In this document: piece by piece, positions 26,161-38,098 of the stretch
How the letters are laid out: the number at the start of each line of letters is the position of its first letter
Position numbering within the stretch: position 1 is the first letter of the stretch
From: Squalus acanthias
Taxonomy: Eukaryota
Direction of reading: 5' to 3'
Assembly: GCA_030390025.1 (NCBI GenBank)
Contig: CM059432.1
Location: forward strand, 17,858,001 to 17,922,000
DNA: 64,000 nt
The notes under the pieces: model-generated
The model's database searches: none
What the model was told of the DNA's origin: nothing
The model's input: only the letters and a program-made list of their open reading frames with translations
Program-made: the position numbers and the translations under genes

Positions 26161-28190
26161 GTTAGCAATGAGAGAATCTCCCAGAATTCACAATTTAAAC
26201 CCAGACAAAATCTATTCACATTATTCCCTACAACAAAGAGCACAGCCAAGACAATGAGATGTGTCCCAACAAAATAGGTATCAGGCGTAGACTTACACAG
26301 AACCTACAGCACATAAACAGGCCATTCAGCCTGAGAAAATAAGCGTGTACGGAATGGAAATAAAACATTCAGCCCATCAAGCTTGTTCCTTCCACATATC
26401 ATGTACAATTGCTACCTGCCATGTACTCTACATGGATGGACTCTACTATAGCCATATATTTTCCTGAAATCTCTCCCTGCCAACCAAAGAAGTCAAACTC
26501 AACAATATCCATCCACACATAACTATGCAGCATTTACCTCCGTTACCCAACCCCAGCCAGTTGCTTTCCATTGAAGTTCTTGCAATACCCTCAAACTGTA
26601 TGAAACTCATCTGAAAATGTAACACTTCAATATCATCAGGGATAATGTGACAAGGAAGCAATAGATTTAAGGAAAGTAAGGCAGTCTGACGTTCAAGGGT
26701 TGTTACAAATAACTTTTCACAATTTTGAAAACCCATCTATTTCAGTGCATTACCTCCTGAAAATTGCAAACCTGCAGAGAATAATGGGAATATTGAAGAA
26801 ATGTGAGGCAGAGATTCTTAAAAAAAAAATCAGATAACTGTTTGAGCACTTGATCTAGATAAATATTCTGTGATAAAATCTGGAGGGGAGGAGAAGACCA
26901 AATGGGAGAAATGTAATTCACGGTTGCCCGTTATTCCAGTGTAAAATCTGCATTAGACCTCCGAATTTCACATCGTGCCTTGCCCAAACTGCGCTGGAAG
27001 TGTGCCGGACACCACCTTAGCTCGGGTGACTTTTGGTTGTCTGGGGTGCCCGCCTGAACAGGCATTAGGCTCCTTAAATGTGCAAATCAGGGTCCTCTGC
27101 CAGTTGTAGGACCCCAAATGCAAAATGCGAGTACAAATGGGCTGAGCGTGCCCCGCACACTCTGCCTGGTTGTACCAGGTGGTGAGCGAGCTAACCAGTG
27201 ATCCTTAAAGAGACCGCTGAAAATGCCCAGAAAGGATTTATTTTTTATGTCTTGCTGCTGTCCCCTTCAGGTCACTCCCCAGGTTCACCTCCCCCCTTCC
27301 AGACTTGGCCTGCTGGCCAGCTCAGCCTAAGAGCAGGCCAATTCCACCCCCGCCCCTTGACTAACAACCTGCGGAAGGGCACCCATTTTGCTCAGGCCGA
27401 CCCTGCAGTCGCTCCGCTGACTTTCCCAAGTCTTTATTTAACTTGATACTGGGGGCCAGTACCCACAGCCACATTCTTGTGAAATATGTGCAACATTTCT
27501 TTGAACTGACTAAAGATCATAGAAATACCGAGAAAATGTGAAACATCTGTATAATGTAAATGGCTCATCAAATGTTTGTACGTTATCTGGGTAGATCTTT
27601 CATCTTACACATCCTCTTCTTAAAGCCATGTTACCTTCAGATTGTTTTGGGAAGTTATCTCACTACTGTGGGAGCCTAGAATACCATTTCCAATAGTGGC
27701 ATCTCCTCTGGATATCAATGAGAGACGTATCATAAACACACGCACTTATACCACATCCAAACTTGTTGATATAAATAAGAGACAAAGGTTAGAGGGGATG
27801 GTCTTTTATATTGCACTCTTCATACATACTCCCACAACAACAACAACAACTTGTATTTATATAGCGCCTTTGACATAGTAAAAGGTCCCAAGGTGCTTCA
27901 CAGGAGCGTTATCAAACAAAATTTGACACTGAGCCACATAAGGAAAAATTAGGGCAGATGAAGGAGGTGGGTTTTAAGGAGCGTCTTAAAGGGGGAAAGA
28001 GAAGTAGAGAGGTTTAGGGAGGAAATTCCAGAGTTTTGGGCCTCGGCACCTGAAGGCACGGCCGCCAATGGTTGAGTGATTAAAATCAGGGACGCTCAAG
28101 AGGCCAGAATTAGAGGAGCGCAGATACCTCGGGGGTACACACACACACGGAATATAATAGCTTGGTTTATGTAAATGATATGGAACTGAC

Positions 28191-28292
28191 CTTTGACCGA
28201 TCAATCTGATTGGCTCCTAACTCAAACAGCCTTTCCACAATAGTCAATTTGCTATCTCGAACAGCGATCAAAAGCGGGGTCAGACCAGATTC
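28191..28292 (-). CDS. trpn1: TRPN1/NompC coding exon 2, first ankyrin repeat (ESGLTPLLIAVRDSKLTIVERLFELGANQIDRSK)
   Basis: 102-nt phase 0/0 exon with acceptor TTTTGATTTGCAG| and donor |GTCAGT. The GLTPLLIAV...ERLFELGAN ankyrin motif matches recalled NompC repeat 1 (TGMTPLMYATKDNKTAIMDRMIELGADV). Too short to appear in the ORF track. Confidence 0.88.
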
Positions 28293-28584
28293 CTGCAAAT
28301 CAAAATACATCACGCTTAATAAAACAAATACCTTTCAAAGCTTGTTTAATTGAAATCCGCTTTCATGAAAATGTAGAATCGTCAAATGAAAGTCCCCGAT
28401 TCGAGCACTGGTCCACGCTGAGTTAGAGCATCAGCTGGCACTGCGGTGAGAACTCTAGAACTGGCCTCAGTGCCCCTGGATTAGGGGACAAAAATCAACC
28501 AGGGTTCCCCATTCTGGTGGATATCCTGTAAACCCTGCTGAAAGCACATCTGAGCGGACATTGGGCTAAGATAGTAATTTTTTA

Positions 28585-29112
28585 AAATTAATTTATGGAA
28601 TGTGGGCATCGCTGGCAAGGCCAGCATTTATTGCCCTTGAGAAGGTGGTGGTGAGACGCCTTCTTGAACCACTGCAGTCCATGTGGTGAAGGTACTCCCA
28701 TAGTGCTGTTAGGGAGGGAGTTCCAGGATTTTGACCCAGCGACGATGAAGGATCGGCGATATACTTCTAAGTCAGGATGAATGTGTGACTTGGAGGGGTG
28801 GTGTTCCCGTGTGACTTGGAGGGGTGGTGTTCCCGTGTGACTTGGAGGGGTGGTGTTCCCGTGTGACTTGGAGGGGTGGTGTTCCCGTGTGACTTGGAGG
28901 GGTGGTGTTCCCGTGTGACTTGGAGGGGTGGTGTTCCCATGCGCCTGCTGCCCTTGTCCTTCCAGGTGAGAGGTCGCAGGTTTGCGAGTATGCTGCAGTG
29001 CATCTTGTAGATGGTACACACTACAGCTACGGTGCGCCGGTGGTGGAGGAAGGGAATGTTTAAGGTGGTGGATGGGGTGCCAATCAAGCAGGCTGCTTTG
29101 TCCTGGATGGTC
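28585..29112 (-). mobile_element. 3' fragment of the same CR1-group LINE, containing a 26-bp array
   Basis: Reverse complement of ~51800-52240. Confidence 0.8.
28783..28938. repeat. 26-bp minisatellite, 6 identical copies
   Basis: Unit gtgtgacttggaggggtggtgttccc x6, no spacers. Confidence 0.95.
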
Positions 29113-30355
29113 TTTGTCTTTGAAATAGTGCCACGTGATCTTTTACATCCACCTGAGACAGCAGACAGGGCCTCAATTTAACTTCTCATCCGAAAGACAG
29201 CACCTCTGACATTGCAGCACTCCCTCAATCAGCCTAGATTTTTGTGTTCAAGTGTCTGGAGTGGGACTTGAACCCACAAACTTCTTGACTCAAAGGGGAG
29301 GGTACTACCAACTGAGCCACGACTGGCACATGAAGAGTGAATGACCACTTGGGCAAGGTAATGGAGAACAACCATCACTTGTGATGTTGTAGCCCAGAAA
29401 GGAGTGAAAGTCTCAGAAAAAGAACCCGCCAACTTAGCTTAAACACCGCATCATTATCCAGTTATGAAAAATGAATGGTCTCTGGTCTTTGTCACATCAC
29501 TATAATTATCTTGAATTTACAGGGTTGATTAGAAATAGAAAGCAAGAAAAAAGCCAGTAATTAAAAACAATGGGTTTCTTTGCCAGAGATCAAGGTTGCA
29601 ACTGCTTTGCTTTACCCAATCACTGTATAGTCAAGGCTATGACATAACTAAGAACTTTATCTGTGGAACTTAAATCCATGAAAAATCCATGTTTTCCAGT
29701 TTAGTTTATTCACATTAGGATGATGGGGGAAATAAAAATATTTCCAGTTTAATAAATAATCAATCTTGGGGCAAGATCTTGCACAAATATGCAGTTTGCA
29801 CTTAAACTATATCAAATGAATCAAGCTGGGCTTCCATGACAGATGATGAGCAAAATGGAACAAATCAGCATTTTAGAATTGTCTGTCATTAGATATGTTA
29901 TACAATTGAGTCAAAGCAAATCTTTTCGATTCAGTGGAAAGAGAATCAGGCAAGGTATAAAGCGGGTGCCCATTCACTAGCACCCATTTTTCAACCAGCG
30001 ATAAACGTTAAAATGACCCCCCCAGCGCCTTTTATTTCAGAATTAGCTGATCACCTGTGGCATTGTTTACGGGTGGTCTGGTTGTGGGCCTGCACTTTGC
30101 TCCATGGGCAGAACCCCAAAATTAGACCGGAAAATGCACCCAATGCTGTGCCTACTTTGCCGATGTGAAGTCACTTATTGTAATTGAAAATAAGGAAATG
30201 GCAAACTTGCTAAATAATCACTGTGCATCGGTCTTCACGGTAGAGGAAGAGGATAAAGTACCAGAGATACGAGGACAACTAGAAATAAATCAAGAGGACT
30301 TAGATGAATTAATAGAGCGCCGTATATCCAAATTCGCTGACAACACTAAATTAAT

Positions 30356-33020
30356 AGGAACATAAGAATTAGGATCAGTCCCCTCGAGCCTGCTCTGACA
30401 TTCAATAAGATCGTGGCTGATCTTTGACCTCAACTCCACTTTCCTGCTCCGATTTCCATATCCCTTGATTCCCCTAGGGTCCAAAAATCTATCAATCTCA
30501 GCCTTGAATATACTCAACGATTCAGCATCCACAGCCTTTTGGGGTAGAGAATTCCAAAGATTCACAACCCTCTGAGTGAAGAAATTTCTCCTCATCTCAG
30601 TCTTAAATGGCCGACCCCTTATCCTGAGACTATGCCTCCTAGTTCTGGACTCTCCAGCCAGGGGAAACAACCTCTCAGCATCTACTCTGTCAAACCCCCT
30701 CAGAATCTTATATGTTTCAATGAGATCACCTCTCATTCTTCTAAACTCCAGAGCGCATAGGCCCAATCGACTCAAGTTCTCCTCATAGGACAACCCTCAC
30801 ATCCCAGGGATCAATCTAGTGAATCTTCATTGCACTGCCTCTAAGGCAAGTATATCCTTCCTTAGATAAGGAGATCAAAACTGTGTACAGTACTCCAGGT
30901 GTGGTCTTACCAAAGTCCTGTACAATTGTAGCAAGACTTCCTTACTGTTCTACTCCAACCCCCTTGCAATAAAGGCCAACATGTCATTTGCCTTCCTAAT
31001 TGCTTTCACTAACACTGTGTTTCCTGAACACCAACATTTAATAGTTTCTCACCATTTAAAAAAATTCTGTTTTTCTATTCTTCCTACCAAAGTGAATAAC
31101 CTCACATTTCCCCACATTATCTCTATCTGCCACCTTCTTTCCCACTCACATAACCTGTCTATATCCCTTTGCAGACTCTTTGGGGGTGATTTTGCCAGCC
31201 CTGGGGAGGCGGGTTTGGAGGCAGGACTGCCGGGAAAATGGCAGAATTTGGGGGCGGGTGCCCAACCCGCCCCCAACCCACCTCCATGCCATCTTCCCAG
31301 GAGGTGGGTAGCCGTCCTGCGCCGGGTCCTGTCTCCTTGGAGGCGGGAAGGGATTAAAGCCAATTAACTGCCTGTTAACAGGTAGTTAACAGGCAGAAAA
31401 TAGGATTATCCCCTTTTTGCCCACATAAACGCGGGCTTCCTGAATGCTCCAAAACCTGCCAGGGTCACCGAGGCGAGTAGTGGGTCTGCGGGGGTCTGCG
31501 GGGGTCAGAAGGGTCCAAAAGTGCGCTGTGAAGGTGAGTGATGGGTGCAAGTGTGGAGAGGTGAGTATCTGAGGTAAGTGCAAAGTGTTAGAAAAAGTGT
31601 ACTTACCTTTGTTTCTTCCTGCAGGCTTCAGTCGGTGGGTATGCGGAGAGTCTCGCACCTCCGCGGCAGAGATGACAGATGGCCGTTGCATTCTCCAATG
31701 CAATAACCAGCTCATTTCTACAAAAGAAAGAGGTTTGATGAGGTCTTGAATTCAAGACCTCATCAAACTACAGAGAATGTCAGTGTTTGACAGCTTCACA
31801 GAGCTGTCAAACGATGACAATTCATCTGTCAAAAATTTTTGACAGATGAAACGTCATACGTTGACATTCTCTGTAACCGGCTTTCCCTTAATTGGCCTGC
31901 TAAGCCCGCTGGACGGGCTTAACAAGGTCAATCAAGGGAAAATAGCGTGGGTTGGCCAGAAGTTGTGGGAGGTGGGACTGAAACCCAACAAGTGGGAGTC
32001 CCGCCTCCAAAAGCTCCCCATTGGCAAAATCCAGCCCTTTGTGTCCTCCTCACAGCTTACTTTCCCACCTAACTTTGTATCGTCAGCAAACTTGGATACA
32101 TTACACTCGGCCCCTTCATCTGAGTCATTAATACAGAGTGTAAATAGCTGAGGCCCAACACTGATCCTTGCAGCACCCCACTAATAACAGCCTGCCAAGC
32201 TGAAAATGACCTGTTTATTTAAGAAAAGCCTCAATTTCAAAATTCTCATCCTTGTTTTCAAATTCCTTCCTGGCCTCACCCCTCCCTATCTCTGTAATCT
32301 CCTTCAGACCCACAACCCCCCGAGATATCTGCGCTTCTCTAATTCTGCCCTCTGGAGCATCCCTGATTATAATCACTCAACCATTGGCCACCGTGTCTTC
32401 TGTTGCCTAGGCCCTAAGCTCTGGAATTCCTTCCCTAAACCTCTCCGCCTCTCTACCTCTCTTTCCTCCTTTAAAACACTCCTTAAAACCTACCTCTTTG
32501 ACCAAGCTTTTGGTCATCTTCCCTAATTTCTCCTTATTTGGCTTGGTGTCAAATTTTTTTGTCTTATAATACTCCTGTGAAGCGCCTTGGGACGTTTTAC
32601 TATGTTAAAGGCGCTATATAAATACAAGTGGTTGTTGTTGTTGAACTCTCTGTTCTCTGTCTGTTAACCAATCCTCTATCCATGCTAATATATTACCCTC
32701 AATCCCATGAGCCCTTATCCTGCATAACAACCTTTCGTATGGCACCTTGTCGAATGCCTTTTGAAAATCCAAATATACTACATCCACTGGTTCCCCTTTA
32801 TCTACCCTGCTAGTTACATCCTCAAAAAACTCTAATAGATTTGTCAAACACGATTTCCCTTTCATAAAACTATGTTGACTCTGCCTAATCATATTGTGAT
32901 TTTCTAAGTGCCCTGTTACTACTTCTTTAATAATGGATTCCAGCATTTTCCCGATGACTGTTGTCAGGCTAACTGGCCTGTAGTTCCCGGTTTTCTCTCG
33001 CCTTCATTTCTTGAATAGCG
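30356..33020 (-). mobile_element. CR1 split by a MITE (31182-32037) and an L2 (32220-32643)
   Basis: RT pieces at 32614-32946 and 30290-30793 are collinear across the insertions. Confidence 0.8.
31182..32037. mobile_element. Harbinger MITE with an internal palindrome cassette
   Basis: TIR GGGGGTGATTTTGCCA / GGGCTGGATTTTGCCA(rc), TSD TTT. It splits a CR1 at gcagactc-ttt-gtgtcctcc. Confidence 0.88.
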
Positions 33021-33815
33021 TGAGGTCGTTCACTTTGGACGTAAGAAAAGTAGCTCAGAGTATTTTCTAAATGGAGAGAAGCTAGAAACTGTGAAGGAGC
33101 AAGACAGATTTAGGGGTCCAAGTACAGAAATACAGAAATCACTAAACACGAGTAGACAGATACAAAAAATAATGAAAAAGGCTAATGGAATGTTAGCCTT
33201 TACCTCAAAGGGGGCTGGAATACAAAGGGGTGGAAGTTATGCTGCAGTTGTATAAAGCTCGGGTTAGACCCCATCTGGGGTAACAGCATTCAGTTTGGGG
33301 CACCACACCTCAGGATGGATATATTGGCCTTGGAGGGGGTACAGCACGGATTCACCAGAATGATACCGGGGCTAAAAATGTTAAACTATGAGGACAGGTT
33401 CCATAGACTAGTCTTCTATTGTCATGTCTGTAGAAGATTGAGAGGTGACCTAATTGGGGTGTTTAAGATAATTCAAGGATTTGAAAGGGTAAATAGAGAG
33501 AAACTATTTCCTCTGATGAATGGGAGTCCAGAATAAGGGGGCATAACCTTAAAATTAGAGCTAGCCCATTCAGAGGTGATGTCAGGAAACACTTCTTCAC
33601 ACAAAGGGTAGTGGAAATCTGGAACTTACGCCTCCAAAAAGCTATTGAAGCCAGATCAATTGAAAATTTCAAACCTGAGATGGATAGATTTTTGTTAGGT
33701 AAGGGTAGTAAGGGATATGGAACCAAGGCGCATAAATTAAGATACAGATCATCCATGATCTAATCGAATGGCAGCACAACCTCAAGGGGCTGAATGGCCT
33801 ACTCCTGTTCCTATG
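33021..33815 (+). mobile_element. Old CR1 3' part; probable 5' part at 30165-30355
   Basis: Degenerate RT C-terminus and CR1 3' stem-loop. Confidence 0.7.
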
Positions 33816-36800
33816 TACGCCCAAGTATCCTCCCAGTCTCAGTAGAATACGTCCGGACTTAAAATAGGCAGAAATCAGCGTAAACAATCGAGGCCCAAGG
33901 AAACCCACACCAGTACATTTCTTCTTTGAGTCTTAAAATTTAAGTTTCAACTCATTTAACCACCATTCATGCACATCAGGCACAGCATGTTCAAGAAACT
34001 GCAATCAGGGAGGTTTTTCAATTTTTAACGTGACTTGTACTTATGCCATAAAAATACAAGAACCGAAAAATACAGCGCAGGCCTCCCCAAGCATTTTTTT
34101 TTATAAGCACTCAAAAAACTGCAATTACAAGACCAGAAAAATGACTTTATTACCAGTTGCGCCTGAAAATCTGGTCGCAATGTTGAGAGAGCCCCCCAGT
34201 GAACAAGCACAATTAGAGGATACTCACATTAGAGAGTTGGGTGTGTGGCCAATGTCGTGGGCAGAGACTCGTTGAGACGAAAGGTTTGATGGACAGATGT
34301 AAAAGATCGAGCAGACTTGGGCGCATTGTAGTTAGGAGTGTAACTCACTTACGTCCAAAATTCCACGATCTTTTAAGCCACGTAATTTGTTTGCACCCAG
34401 ATTACGGGCATATCTGGGTGCAAATGACAATGAAACTCCAGGCCATGATGTTTAGTTGTTGTTCTGGCCTGTCTCTTTAAGGCCTTTGCTCAAGTATGCT
34501 TGGTTCATTTAAAAATACAAAGCTTTTAATAGCTGCTCACTGGAATGTAAACATGGTCGTATTTAGGCAACAATTAACCGCAAAGACTTTTTTAGGCATT
34601 ATAAAGAAAGACTTGCATTTATATAGCGCCTTTCACAACCTCAGGACGTCCCAAAGCGCTTTACAGCCAATGAAACACTTTCGAAATGCAGTCACTGTTG
34701 TAATGTAGGAAACGCAGCAGCCAATCTATGCACAGCAAGCTCCCACAAACAGCAATAAGATAATGACCAGATAATCTGTTTTTAGTGATGTTGATTGAGG
34801 GATAAATATTGGCCAGGACAAGGGGGATAACTCCCCTGCTCTTCTTCAAAATAGTGACAAGGGATCTTTTACATCCACCTGAGAGAGCAGAGTTCTTGGT
34901 TTAAAATCTCATCCGAAAGACAGACGAAAAGTATGTGTAGTGTTAAATGCAATATAAGCATCAATATACATTTCTGTGCGCACTCCAGAAAAAATACATC
35001 TGCTCCCAAGGAGAAATACCCTATTATATGCACTTGACTATTTTCAATAAATGAAGAACGCACCCCGAAGAACCCCTTTCAGGTGCAAAAAAAGTTGTTC
35101 ATTTCATCAAAACAAAATTACAATCCTAATTTCTTTATTTTAAAACTAGATCTATGGTTTTGAACTTTTTATCCATGTGAACAATTTGTTTGGATTGACT
35201 TTATCAATATCCTTCACAATTATGAAAACCTTAATTCACTGCAGTCTTCTGTTTTCCAATGAGAATGAACTCGGCTTCCTCAACCTTTCGAGACACCTGT
35301 CTCTACCTCTGTACTGTTTTCCATTTGTGTCCTGTTCATTCATCTTATGCAGCTATCCCTCAACAAGCCAAGTCAATTACTTGAAGAATGAAGGAAATGC
35401 TCTCACACATTTGGCTCAACGCGCTTAAACTGTCAAAAAGTTGTTTACCAGTGTCCCCTTTCAGCTAAACTAAATTTATTATTAGTCTATTTAGACACAA
35501 AGATTACAAGGAACAGACACCAGCAGTTTATGCATTGCTGAATTTCTGTAACACAGTAAATCATCTAGTAACTTCCCACAACTTGCACTTTCAATAAAAA
35601 TGACTCCTTTCAAACACTCTATGAAATTAATGCGTTTCCTTTGGTAAATATTTAACCTGATCTCTTTGATATCGTAAATATAATTTAATAACGATGTATG
35701 TTTTATCCATTCATCTGTCATTAAATTGTAATCATTATTTACTAGTTGATCTGTGGCATTGCACATGGGTAGTCAAAACCAAGTGTATTTTCAAGGCAAG
35801 CAGGGTTATAGAGCAGGCAATAACTGGACCAGGGAGTGCAGATATAATTCAGTCCTCATTTTAAAGTGGTACATTCTGTTCTTAAATTCCTATGCCCACA
35901 TTTTTAATAGAAAATGTCTATGTAAACTTCTCATGTCATATTTACACACGTGCTCCAGTAGTGGCACCTTAGCACCTCCGCTGGCAGGAGGATGTAATTA
36001 CAATGTGACCAGTTTACATACGCAGTTTCCATTATATCGACCTGAAACGTTAACTCTGTTTCTCTCTTCACAGATGCTGCCTGACCTGCTGAGTTTCTCC
36101 AGCATTTTCTGTTTTTATTCCATAATAAATGTGGACATAGAAGTTTCTCATGGAGAAAATGGACAGGGAGTGTGTGCAGATGTAAGATTTTTAATGTATT
36201 GTTTCCTTACATGACAACAGTGGTCATACTTCCTAGAACCAGGGGGAGTTGAGGAGAATTTTTTTTACGCCGTGACTTGTTATGATCTGGAATCTGAAAG
36301 GGTGGTGGAAGCAGATTCAATAGCAACTTTCAAAAGGCACTTGGATTTATACTTGAAAAGGAAAAAAAAATTGCAGGGCTATGGGGAAAGAGCAGAGGAA
36401 TGGGACTAATTGGATTTTATCAGACTTACATTTCTATAGCGCCTTTCACGACCACCGGATGTCTCAAAGCGCTTTACAGCCAATGAAGTACTTTTGGAGT
36501 GTAGTCACTGTTGTAATGGACAGCTCTTTCAAAGAGCCGGCACAGGCACGATGGACCGAATGGCCTCCTCCTGTGCGATATTATTCTATGATTCACAATG
36601 GGAAGTTTATGATAGTCCAACATAAAGCATCCCTGAACTAATACTCATGACTTAAGGGGCCTTGGTTTATTTTAAATAGTTTATTTCGAAAAAAAATTGT
36701 CAAGCTACCTTAAGATAGCATCAAGTCCTTATTAAAATACTGCCCTGGTGATTGCAGCCTTGTTTTCAGAACAATTTATTTTTCTTTGATAGAGTGCTCT

Positions 36801-37081
36801 TCTGGTGAACTCATTGTATGACCTTTATCTGATTTATCAGTCAGCTGCTCTCGGGAGCACACACATTCCAACTCCAACTACTGAAATACGATTTGTCCTA
36901 TTTGAGAGATTTAACATTCATCCCCCCTTACACACATACATATATATATATATATATACACACATATAAGTTTGGCCACATGACCATTAAGAGGGAAAAA
37001 AAAAACTCGGTTGCCCTTAAGCGGGTCAGCCTGCAGCAACAAGTAGAATGAATGACAAGTAGGAAGAAAAAAGTTACACAC

Positions 37082-37231
37082 TTCGTCGATGAGAGTGATG
37101 TCTCGATCTCCCTTGTCCATGCCTTTCAGAGCCTGTTCCAGGGCACTCCATTCTCCCCTGGTAGCCAGCTGTAAAATCCGGCTGCCTGAACCCACGGTCG
37201 ATCCAGAGCTGATGGAACTCGTCTCCGACAT
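37082..37231 (-). CDS. trpn1: TRPN1/NompC mechanosensitive TRP channel, coding exon 1 (MSETSSISSGSTVGSGSRILQLATRGEWSALEQALKGMDKGDRDITLIDE)
   Basis: 150 nt from ATG to a GAA|GTGTGT donor (phase 0). RILQLATRGEWSALEQALKGMDK resembles the recalled NompC N-terminal helix (fly KVLGLAMKSEWTPIEAELKKLEK). It joins in frame to exon 2. Confidence 0.85.
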
Positions 37232-37500
37232 CTTCCCAACATTTGATCCACTCCTTCAACCAACGTCTCCCTGTTCGAATCGCTTCCCTTCTCCCACCCC
37301 ACCCCCCCTCCCTGGCTGGGACTATTCCGCTGTGCCGCTTTGTGCCATGGCAGGTGTGGCTGCTTGTAAATTTCACTCTGATCGATGGTCCATTTCACTC
37401 TCCCTTTCTCTTTCTTTGCGGGAGGTAGAGACTAGAGATTGGAGCTGGCGTTTTCTCTTGATCGGCACCAATCAGGACCCTCAGTCTGCACTCGTTAAAC

Positions 37501-37515
37501 TTTTATAACTCCGCC
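37501..37515 (-). promoter_or_regulatory. Putative trpn1 core promoter: GC box (GGCGGAG) directly followed by TATAAAA
   Basis: The minus strand reads AAGGCGGAGTTATAAAAG about 270 nt upstream of the ATG, in non-repeat sequence. This predicts a TSS near 37475. Confidence 0.5.
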
Positions 37516-38098
37516 TTGATCCCGTTACCTTGGATTCAGCTTTTACATTGAGGCAGCATTTCGCCCTTATTGTGAAAGCCACGCTGGCTGCAAAGACGTT
37601 TTATACTTTAATCTGCTCCCTCCCAAGACATAAAATCCAGCTTCAGTTGTCAATTTATCCTGATGATTTCATTTTATTTATAAAAACATGTTTCATTCGA
37701 ATTCTGTCTCCTCCGACTTGGATAGGAACTTTATATCCCATAATAAACCTTTATTACTATACAGTTCCAAGCTTTAAGCCACACTTTTACGGTCACAATT
37801 TGCTTTAAAACCTAAAATATAACTGTATTTCTTTTTGGGAGAGATTGGTGGAGAGAATCTTAAAAAAAATCGACGTTCTCCTTGGAGCAGAGAAGGCTAA
37901 GAGGAGATTTGATAGAGGTGTTTAAAATCATGAAGGGTTTAGCTAGAGTAAATAAAGAGAAACTGTTTCCAATGGCTGAAGGGTCGATAACCAGAGGGCA
38001 CAGATTTAAGGCGATTGGCAAAAGAACCTAAGGCAACATGAGGAAAAACTTTTTTACGCAACGAGTGGTCAGGATTTGGAATGCACTGCCTGATAGGG

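Noticed and set aside
1..28190. trpn1 exon 3 (expected DGRxALHxAA...)
   Set aside because: I scanned the unique stretches by eye and found no convincing exon. It probably lies outside the window, though a short exon could have been missed.
28783..28938. CRISPR-like array
   Set aside because: Head-to-tail identical units with no spacers, no cas genes, and a eukaryotic LINE context.
36911..37081. C-terminal half of the 106-aa ORF
   Set aside because: Intron read-through into a TA microsatellite; TRPN similarity continues in exon 2 instead.
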